36,760 bases of DNA from contig NKIB01015278.1 in assembly GCA_002256025.1 (NCBI GenBank), positions 1-36,760 of the forward strand. The letters are read 5' to 3'. The notes under the pieces were generated by a model that was not told the origin of the DNA, made no database searches, and was given only the letters and a program-made list of their open reading frames with translations. The stretch comes from Asterionella formosa (Eukaryota). Both the position numbers and the translations under genes were made by a program. This document shows positions 23,923-32,979 of this stretch, piece by piece; positions within the stretch are counted from its first letter, which is position 1; each line of letters opens with the position of its first letter.

Positions 23923-24133
23923 ATTTCGGCAAGACAATGATTTCCGCCAATGGTCCCTCGGTTTTCCAGCCCTGGCATTGCTAAAATCGGCAAGGGGTCT
24001 ACTGACGGAAACCACATCCTACACAGATTTGATTAAAATTTATCTAGTATTCACCTCGTTTTGTTCATTGCTGAAAGTGACTACGGCAATTCACGCTTCA
24101 CCATGCCGATCATTGTCCATCATGCCCAGTTTG
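23923..24133 (-). repeat. Dispersed ~230-bp repeat, copy 2 (truncated)
   Basis: Reverse-complement similarity to 7001-7229. It begins just after TA|CCAATTTCGGCAAG and contains short internal TCGGCAAG repeats. Confidence 0.85.
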
Positions 24134-24591
24134 GTTGAGGTTGAAAAGTAGTGAGTCGTAATTTACATATTGTGTATATACTATATAGTCACAATATTTT
24201 TTGTCACATGCTCTGCCTTGCAACGTATTATCAGTACTTTCTGTATTAGGTATGGATGGGTGTGGTCCGCCCGAGGTAGAAGTCATTGTACCTGGTACCC
24301 GAATGGCAAGACGATAATTGCTTTTTTAAAAGTACGGTTATGTTCGCACAAACGATGGACATCACTGGGCGGAGAAACAGTCAAATACCGCGCGCTACGT
24401 ACGGGGTGCGTCGATACGAAGCTACATGACGCATCGAATTAGTAAGAGGGTGAAGCAGGACGACGAGAGGACGAGGACGAGGCGCCAGCCGAGTGCGTGC
24501 CTCGGACTGTACTGTACCGTACAGACCTAAATTTGATATCACAAAAGCGAAAGTCAACGTTCCTTCGCTCGATCACCAGCTGTTTGTTGTA

Positions 24592-24747
24592 ATGTTTGCA
24601 CTGTTTCCAGACGGCGATGGACCAGGAGGAAAGGGATCGGCATTGAGTGCTAATCTTTGGTTTTTTACACGGGTGGGCCTTTATTTTGCTGCGATTCGAT
24701 CAGCCTATCTTTTCTTCGGCAAAGACAACAAGACATTTGACAAATAG
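24592..24747 (+). CDS. 51-aa single-TM small protein, possibly a mitochondrial TOM5/TOM6-like subunit
   Basis: MFALFPDGDGPGGKGSALSANLWFFTRVGLYFAAIRSAYLFFGKDNKTFDK. Size, MF start, one C-terminal hydrophobic helix with internal Arg (LYFAAIRSAYLFF, cf. human TOM5 IYVALLRVTPFIL) and a short basic tail fit the call. Confidence 0.5.
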   Translation: MFALFPDGDGPGGKGSALSANLWFFTRVGLYFAAIRSAYLFFGKDNKTFDK

Positions 24748-24756
24748 GTACGCATC

Positions 24757-25200
24757 ATGGCGCTGACTGAAGAACAAAATGAGCAAATAACAAAGAATCG
24801 AGAAAGAGCTTTAGAATTACAGAAGAAGAGAAAAGAAGAGCAGCAAGAACAGGTGGTGAAGAAGAGACGTTTAGAGGAGAAGGATGACGACGATGGCATG
24901 GTACTAGAGGACTTTGAAATTAATGCAACTCCATTGGTAACTAAGAAGGAAGCCATGAGTGTGTATTGCTTACCGCAGGGAACTCTGGATGTGTGCGAAT
25001 TTGTAGAGAAGGAAAATCCTCGTAAAAAGGGGTGGACACCGATGAAGTTGTTCAGCCGAAGTGAGATACGAAGGCGAGCAAGGAATCGATTTGGAGGGTT
25101 AGAAGGCTTGGTGGAGGAGAGGAAGAAACGAGAAATGAATAGGCTCAAACGAGATCTAGAAGAAACCAAAAATGTTTTTAGTGCGAAGACGGATAAATAA
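24757..25200 (+). CDS. XPA: Minimal XPA/Rad14-like nucleotide excision repair protein (XPA_C domain, no zinc finger), 147 aa
   Basis: N-terminal helix LTEEQNEQITKNRERALEL, then LVTKKEAMSVYCL...FVEKENPRKKGWTPMKLF..SEIRRRA..RFGGLEGL.EE. This parallels XPA LITKTEAKQEYLL...KKNPHHSQWGDMKLY...WGSQEAL. Confidence 0.8.
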   Translation: MALTEEQNEQITKNRERALELQKKRKEEQQEQVVKKRRLEEKDDDDGMVLEDFEINATPLVTKKEAMSVYCLPQGTLDVCEFVEKENPRKKGWTPMKLFSRSEIRRRARNRFGGLEGLVEERKKREMNRLKRDLEETKNVFSAKTDK

Positions 25201-25467
25201 ACAAGTTTCTATTATTTTATGGCATACCATTATTTTGATGCTAATGGCGGAGCAAATTTAGGGAAGGAATAATCGGAACAAGTACCGTAGTTTCAGCCAT
25301 ATTTAATATCTAAAGGACACTGAGGCTAAGCGTTTTTGATCAATCACGTCATCGGACAGCTACTTATAAAGTTTATAACATATACTCAGGAGCTTTATAG
25401 ATGATAAAACCAGTAATTATTGGTCCTTATTACTTAGCGGGAAAATTCATTTTCATTAATAATGAAC

Positions 25468-25802
25468 TTATTCCATAACACTTCGTGCACTAGGATAGAG
25501 GTTCCCGACAATAACTTGTCGTCGCAGGACTTCCAATTGTTCTTGTGCTTCTGTTAGGGCCGCTGCTGCCTCGTCGCTGCATGGGGAATAACAAAATGAC
25601 GAGCGAGTCAGAAATAATCCATCGAATTGTAGAAAACGATGAATAGGTCAAATTTTCATCTCACTTACCCCTGCAGGTCTCTATTCATGTAGAAACCAGT
25701 CTTCACTCGCCTCACGGCGTACGATCTAAAGTTGTAATCGTTCACTTGTCTGGCTTGACGCATCATAGCGCGAAAGAGAGAAATCGTGGATGCTGATGCC
25801 AT
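25468..25802 (-). CDS. ISD11: LYR-motif protein ISD11/LYRM4 (Fe-S cluster assembly); exons 25802-25669, 25576-25468; 80 aa
   Basis: MASASTISLFRAMMRQARQVNDYNFRSYAVRRVKTGF..N RDLQG|DEAAAALTEAQEQLEVLRRQVIVGNLYPSARSVME*. A 92-bp GTAAGT..CTGAC..GCAG intron spans 25668-25577. Confidence 0.92.
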
Positions 25803-26434
25803 TGGAGCTGCTGATTGTTCAGGTGAACGCTGAAAAGAGGACGATAAATAGAGGTTTTTGTGTTGGGCTGTGAAAATGAGACTTATATAGAATGATGACA
25901 GAGGTACCCTGGTACTGTACATGAACATTGATCGCTATGATATGATCATTTCCTTTATCACCCCTGGTACTCTATAACCGGTAGAATCGTGTGAGCAACA
26001 CTCCCAAGCAGGAAGAAGGTCGAACTAAAGCGAACTTTAAAATTTTGCTGCGTTTCCTCTCAAAAATTCTCTTCTAACAAATACCGGTATACCACAGCTC
26101 CACGTCATGCATGAGTATAGGTATCCTTGTGCTCCCTCTGTCTACCGGTAGTAACAGTTGCATCGATTCGCCGGCACCACCAGTGTCGTTACTGTTCGCA
26201 TATGAAGGATTATGTAGCCAATATACCAAATTTCTACGTGAGGGTCGGCTTACTCGAAAAAATGCGTTTTTATGAGTTACATAGACGTGAACATATACTC
26301 TGTTTTTGTATTTAAATATTTAGCATCTATAAAGTTAATCGAAACCAATTTAACATATATTTATACAATGGGTACATGTAGATAGATAGCAAGCAATGCT
26401 AATGCATTGATTTTGCATCATCATTTTTGTCAAA

Positions 26435-26845
26435 ATGGATGTTGACTTTGCCAATGCGCCCATTCCTGATGGTCAGATCCTTGGCTTGATGGCCAGAAAC
26501 AATGGTCGCAGTTGCGCCCATCATCACTGTTGCGGATCAATAGTAAAGGTTGGCTTTGTGGTTTTCTTCTCTTTCTGTATTGTGTTGGACGAGATCCTCC
26601 AAGAACTCGAGGATGCTATCGAAGTGACCATGGACTGTAATCTCCATCCAGAAGGTCAAAGGTGCAGAGTTGGGTATCTTGCAAGGAGGATTGCGCATAA
26701 CAAAGTCGAGGCAGCGCAGCATGTTAATCGTACTGCTGTAGTTATTGACCTACTACAAGATTCTAAGGAGTGAACAAAACAGAGAATGAATATGCAAGGT
26801 TATGGAGTTGCTCTTTGTACGTTTCAAAATCCTACTGCTATGTAG
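26435..26845 (+). pseudogene. Transposon-borne small Cys/His + HIRAN-like ORF with one internal TGA (26771-26773)
   Basis: GRSCAHHHCCG, then EDAIEV...RCRVGYLARRIA (HIRAN-like NAI.V...VGYLP pattern). The frame continues past the TGA as TKQRMNMQGYGVALCTFQNPTAM* to 26845. Confidence 0.6.
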
Positions 26846-26926
26846 TTAAATAAAATCCAACTATAGTTATCCAGCTTGTCAAAGAAACTATAAGTTCAAT
26901 ACATATAGAACCATGAACAACCAGTG

Positions 26927-27981
26927 CTAATATATATATATATGAGGGGGAACGTCTTTTGATCCAATGCAGCCATGCAAAATGGCGCCGGAGAGGAAAA
27001 ACCCCTTATCATAACACCCTACTGTTAAAAAATCATCCAGAAATGTGCTAGCCAACTCAATTGCTCCCTCCCCAGCTGCTAGCCTATCAGGTAAAATTCC
27101 CGCCCGTTCCAGAGCCGCCTTCCCGATGTGAGGTATAGTATTATAATTGTTGTCGCCATTCACCAAAATAATCTCTTCCAAGCAACCCTGAAAAGCCTCT
27201 ATCAAGCTGTCGATGTCGTTGTGGGCTTTGTCCACAGAGTCATTGACCTGACTGTAATGCCCTAAAGAAAGATAGATCGTTGATATTCAAATCCGGACTG
27301 TTTGCTGGTTGCTTAGTCAATCGAATATCCCATTCTTCATCTGTTGCAGCTGCTACAAAGGGAGCAAAATCGGAACCAAAATGTGTTTAAGCATTGTCGT
27401 GCTGTAGATATATTCGTTTGTTTCCATCAGGCCACTGTAAATGATTAACACAATACATAAAACGACTTATCTTACCCTCCTACGAAATCATCGGCTTGAC
27501 TGCACTTGTGTGCGGTCATATTACATTCTCTCTGTTATCCTTTGCAATCCAAAAAAACTGTTGACTTGGGAAGGGCAAGAGCAGCTGCTAATTTACGATA
27601 CATAGTACGCTTGTGATATGGAATACCTCTAATCGCTGCAATTATTTCTTCACGTGGGTATTTGCAAGTATAACCAGTCAATAATTTGCGGGAAAGCGAT
27701 GCAAACACTTAAGTATCATCATTATAATTGGATTCGAGCGCCCGGTTCCAAATACGTTGTATAGTTGTTTTATCAACTTTGAACCGGCCTGCCAAAAATT
27801 TAACGGTTCCACGCACTAAAATGAGCCGATCATCTATTTTGTCCCCTCCATCAGGTCCGTTTTGGAGGTTCCGTAAACCATAATCCAACACGAGTTGACG
27901 CTCTTCTGGTGTTAGATCCTTTCTCATATGCTTGTTGAGAAGAGGTGGCGGCAAGAAAAAGGGGGGGTCAGGCATCTGCAT
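26927..27981 (-). pseudogene. Mariner DD39D transposase pseudogene (stops, frameshifts, internal deletion)
   Basis: HTH region RGTVKFLAGRFKVDKTTIQRIWNRA and RKLAAALALPKSTVF. Catalytic region IYLQHDNA*TH...KQPANSPDLNINDLSFFRALQS, with 39 residues between the last two Asp. Tail NGDNNYNTIPHIGKAALERAGILP. The first-Asp (DEKWF-type) segment is missing. Confidence 0.92.
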
Positions 27982-28251
27982 TTCGCTCGAGATGAGCAAA
28001 AGTGGAAGTCGAAAAAGCCGAAAAACGTTTTTTTCCGATGTAGTTGCCAATTTTAATCTTTCTATATATAATATATACATGGATCGGTAGCTTAGAGCAA
28101 GCTGCACCATGGGGCTATTGAGCCGGAGAAAATCGTAGGAGTCAAAATGACCCCGGATAAATTTGAATTATCGATGCAACTGTTACTAGACAGAGCAGGC
28201 ACCTGGTACCAGGTGCGAGGTACACCGACGGCATATTCTTGTTGGTATAGC

Positions 28252-30277
28252 TAAACAGGAAACGAAAGTACCCTGTATTGGCAATTTTAGGTACGTTTTC
28301 AACCAGTCTTCGTGCTCCAAAGCCAGACATGCCTTGTATTGGGCGTTGCAACGTTCTCCAACACAAGGTATCAGTCATTTGATTCTTTTCAATACAAGGT
28401 CGTGATATACCATTCCAATATAAGGTTCAGCTTGTTGTGGCAGAAGGTCGGTTTGTCAAGCCCAATACAAAGTGAAAACATATCTGGGTATCACTCCAAT
28501 TCAAGGAATTCCTTTATTTGTGAGAATATCATCTGATACTAGGTATTCCCTGTATTGGGCTCTGTTTATTTCCCAATTCAAGGTGGCAAAATTTTGCAAT
28601 TCAAGGTTGCCCCTCTATTGGGTTTTAGCTGTACTATGTCACATCCCAATACAGGGTCATGATTTCCAATACAAGGTGATAAGTTCCCATACAAGGCGAC
28701 AATATTTTCCAATTCAAGGTTGCCCCTGTTTTGGGTTTTGGCAGTACTACGTCTCATCCCAAGACAAGGTCATAAGTTCCAATACAAGGTGACAATATTT
28801 TGCAATTCAAGGTTAACCTTTTATTGGTCTAGTGTGCTAGTAAAGTGTACATACAATATCATAGTATTATGCATATTGATCAAACCGTTTTTTTTAATTT
28901 ATATGATCATACAGTAATGCATACTTTCAAAATTTTTAAATTTTGATTAGTATATATCTGCAATGTGGTGTATTGATCATGTAAAGCTGTTATTTTCTAT
29001 TTCATATACTAGTCAAAAAGTGATGTGTGCATTCAAAATTTGTAGTGTGTCTGGCTGGCATCTGATATGTTCTCGCTCAAATCATTCTGCACTGACTGAG
29101 TATAATAGCATAGCAAATACTGGGAAATCATCACTGAGTCGACACTATGTCAAAAAAAATACTTCAAACAGAAACCATTTTCTCAAGCACTGTTTCACTC
29201 ATCTCCACCAGCAGTTGAACAGACAATGCTCAGAATCATAGATAAGGTGCCATGTTTAAGGAATAGAAATTGTTTCACGCGATAGCATGTCAGACCTGCC
29301 ACTTTCTTGGGCATGACAAAAAATTGCCTGTGCGTTATTTCTCACCTATCATCATGATTCTGTTCAGTAAAGGATGCTTCAGAAACACCATCGCTGTCTC
29401 AATGCTCCTTTTTCGATGTAATTGAAGAATCAGTGAATTGTTGAGTGATTGGAAAGGAAACAGTCAGCTCCGCCCGGCCGGTTGTTTCATGCAAAATGAT
29501 GTAAGTAGTCCGAATTGGCGAAGGTTATATTGTTCAGTACTGTTCGTGCGTGCAATTTCTCAACGATCCTCTTGCTTCTGTCATTGAAGTGCTTCACTGT
29601 CAACATCGTTCAGAACGCTCCAATTCGAATTGACTGGTATCAACATCGTTCGAATTGACCGGTAAAGGATTGGGGAATTGCAATGATGACAATGCTTGGG
29701 CTCGTTTTCCAACAGATAGTACAATCATTTTCAGTAATTCTCTATTGCTGTAGGACTCAATAATGTATTCGTTTCTTGTTAAATTGGTAAAATAGATATA
29801 TACATTGATAAAAGAATATAGAATTATAGATGTTATTTTGCTATTAACCTTAAAATAATTATTCTGGTACTGCATTGGGTCCAATCCATGAGCTACCTTG
29901 GTGTATTGGGTCAACATCAAGGTAAACCTTGTATGGGCAATGTCCAAAACAAGAATTATTTTAATTTGGAACTGATGATCTGATTGTTCGACCAATACAA
30001 GGTGGATGCGAAATAATAAAACCAATGTAATGTACACCTTGTATCATCGGAAATTAAAACTCTATTTCGGAGAAACTATTTATACCTTGTGATGGAAAAA
30101 ATTACGGTCATTTCGTGAAATACATTGTATTGAAAAAAGGCTATTTCCTTGTATTGGCGAGAGCACGGATTCGCAACCATAACGACGAAGCTAGCCCATA
30201 CAAGGTCAACTTTCTTTCGTAAATTACTTTTTCACATTGTGTTTGATTCCAATGCAAGGTATTTCGTTTCTTGTGTG
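28252..30277. mobile_element. Non-autonomous TIR element with subterminal CCAATACAAGG arrays, CACTA/EnSpm-like
   Basis: The right end reads (reverse complement) CACACAAGAAACGAAATACCTTGCATTGG and the left end TAAACAGGAAACGAAAGTACCCTGTATTGG. Roughly 19 CCAATwCAAGG-like units occur in both orientations at 28270-28830 and about 10 at 29870-30260. No target duplication recognised. Confidence 0.65.
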
Positions 30278-30689
30278 GTCCTACCAGTACTACCCCGCTA
30301 GGCAGGCTACCCCGGTACTGGTATATCTACTATTATTTATATTGGATACGCCCCTAGTCGTCTAGCCATGTTACATATGCAGTAGAGTACCGAGTACACG
30401 GCACATTTATAATATGATCCTATAATATATAGACTTTCTTCAACTATCATTCTAGTTTACTATGAACTACCAGAGTAGTAGTAGTACCTGCAGCTCCAGT
30501 GGTGCTTTAGAATTCTGCTCGAGACGCGGCTGATGACTCTCCACTGAGACTACTACAGCTACCGGTATATGGTGGAATTTACCACACCAAGAAACAAATA
30601 GCGATATAGAACTACGACAAACATGATATAATAAAGCTCGCTAGTAGCTAGAATTTACGGACAAAAGGAGTAGATGTGACTGCCAAATA

Positions 30690-30786
30690 CCTGGGAAGTT
30701 GCGGTAAATGAGACATTTAGCTGTGTTGTACTTAAAGTAAAAACTTTCTTTTACCGCAGTTCCCTGCAAGTTGCAGTAATTTTGCT
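30690..30786 (-). mobile_element. MITE-like family B copy 2, followed by the start of a family A end
   Basis: TA|CCTGGGAAGTTGCGGTAAA...TTTACCGCAGTTCCC, then CAAGTTGCAGTAATTTTGCT (cf. 20179 AAGTTGCGGTAATTTTGCT). Confidence 0.65.
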
Positions 30787-31025
30787 TATTCTTGTTGTTC
30801 ATTACCAGAACCAACAGATATTTCCCGACTCAGGAGACATTGAGAAACAAAAGCTTGAAACTTCAAATGGTTTGAGCCCACTGGCCAAAATATATATGAC
30901 TGGAAAAAATTCGATATTTTCAGATAATTCGGAAAAAGGTTCTGACAAATTACAATTTTTGGGTGTTTTAATTGAAAGTTGACTTTTTAGCAACTTTTTG
31001 CAGGAAAAGTTAATATGATAAGAGC

Positions 31026-32470
31026 GTGGACAATCAGCATTTTCGGAGCAAACTTTTGAATGAAGACATGAGGAGGAACCATGTCATGAAGTATCAGTCT
31101 GCCAGTACCTACAGGAATAAATTGTTGAGTGAGATAGTAGTGGATCGAGCTCTTCTTAATGGCCCGGGTTCATGTCCATATGTGTATGAAAAAATTCCAG
31201 CAAAGCATCATGCAGCATTAGTTAACACATGATAGGGACAGATGGGAAGGCCAGATTCCTCATCAGCAGATATTGTGGGTCATCTAAATTTCGAAGCGTA
31301 CAACAATCAAATGGATATAGGATCATGGGATCAGGCTTTTGGCGGTTGGCAAACATACTGTCAAGACAGAGATACCGAGAATAGATGAAATGTGCAGTAC
31401 CACCTTTAAGTCACAATTACGATATGCATGGGGGAGGGAAGTACAAGGATCATAAATTGGTCATGACAGGTGATACCTTGTGGAGAAGTGCGTGGCAGGA
31501 GATATGGAACAAGCTACACTATCATTTCTAGTCCAAACATCTCACAAGATTTGCACAATCTTCCTATTGGAAAAGGTTTGAAAGATGCATACTTCAAATT
31601 TGTATGCAACGTTTACATGAAAATTTTTCAGAAGAAGATCCAACCTTTCGAATCATGATTGAAGGAGTAGATTTACTAGTTCAATCAACAATCCGACTCG
31701 ATATCATGGTTGTTCCAAAAAGCCATTCCATTCAATGGGAAAACAAGGACCCAACTGTGTGCCATTTGCTGATTTTTCGGAAGAATCTACAATTGATTCC
31801 AGATGTGAAAGACACTGATATTGTCTTTATTAGTACTATTCGACGAAAGATGCAGTTGGAAGATTTATAACTGAGATGGCAGAAGGAGCATGCTGGAAGG
31901 AGCAGCAAAGAACGAACAAAGCACCAAAACTCACCATTAATCTGATGATGAGTATTTATCTCCAAGCAAAAAGAAAGCAAACCCCTACCATGATGGATTT
32001 AACCATGATGGATTTATCCATGCTCAACCACGCTTAACCACCTTCAAGCAGCACAAGCTCGAAAGGGGAGAACTGATGAGATTGTTGCTCATCTTGAGCT
32101 ATACGAGTAATTCAAACAAATACTCTGTGAAGCCAGATATCAAGCAGCAGTATTGAATTGCTTTGACATTTTGCCTTCCCTACAAACTTATGATGTTGAG
32201 AGTACAAGTGTTATGACTGAAAAAAGGGTCATCGGTGTAACAAGGCAGTGTCTTGGGAAATGATAACACTCCAAAAAATAGTACAACACCATTTCCTGTA
32301 TTTGTTCGAAATGATGAGCAACAAGACACTCAAAGACTTGGTGGGATTTGAATTGACTGCCAAGTCATCAACAGTGGAGACCTTTGCATTGATTGCAGTA
32401 AGATGTCTTTTCCATTTGCTGTGATGGTATTCGAAATCTACAGAACATTTGGTGTTGTGGTACATGCTTT
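31026..32470 (+). pseudogene. Decayed coding remnant of unknown family
   Basis: A series of short, coding-like plus-strand frames (31026-31232, 31604-31870) broken by stops and shifts, directly after the element end at 30690. Confidence 0.3.
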
Positions 32471-32979
32471 GATACTATTAATAGAAGTAATGACTAGTAT
32501 ATCATCGGTATATGTAATGATGATTATTTACATTCAAACCATTCTGATTGGTAGAGACAATCTTCATTTGCCCAAAGATTAATCTTTGAAATATGAAGAT
32601 TGAGTCAATATTGGGGATGACACTCAATCCTTGTATTTTGGGTACCATAAAACTGAGGCAATCCACTGAGCCACTAAATAAAATTACTTAGAGATATCAA
32701 AAATTACTTAGACACCCACAGTTCTCACTGAAAAGCAAGATGATAGCTAGTAGGGTAGGGATTGTTACTGCTATACATCAACAATACCACAGGTTTTCTG
32801 AGTAGTTGCCAACAGTTGTAGAAATAAATTGGCCTATCCTTGTAATATATTCTCATTCAAAAATCGCACATTACATCTGCTCCTCTGTTGAAATGAAGTA
32901 AATACAAAAAGGGAAAATCTTGTCAATGTGTTCCTTGCTACCAATTACACCAATAACATAAATAACAGCAACAAAATAT

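Larger units (their letters stand above)
26132..28199 (-). mobile_element. Defective Tc1/mariner (DD39D, plant/oomycete-type) DNA transposon with ~30-bp TIRs and a second internal ORF
   Basis: Left TIR CTCCCTCTGTCTA[CCGGTA]GTAACAGTTGCATCGAT (26132-26167). Right TIR ATCGATGCAACTGTTACTAGACAGAGCAGG (28170-28199). The two match over 26 bp once the 6-bp insert is removed. The CTCCCTC.GT terminus is of the Stowaway/plant-mariner type. The TA target duplication is not intact. Confidence 0.88.

Noticed and set aside
26771..26773. In-frame TGA as selenocysteine or programmed readthrough
   Set aside because: It lies in a defective transposon with many other stops. CGA-to-TGA decay is the simpler explanation.
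28270..28830. CRISPR or iteron array, or real ORFs 28312-28917
   Set aside because: The 11-bp units occur in both orientations with irregular spacing and are mirrored at 29870-30260, so they are subterminal TE repeats. The ORFs are by-products.
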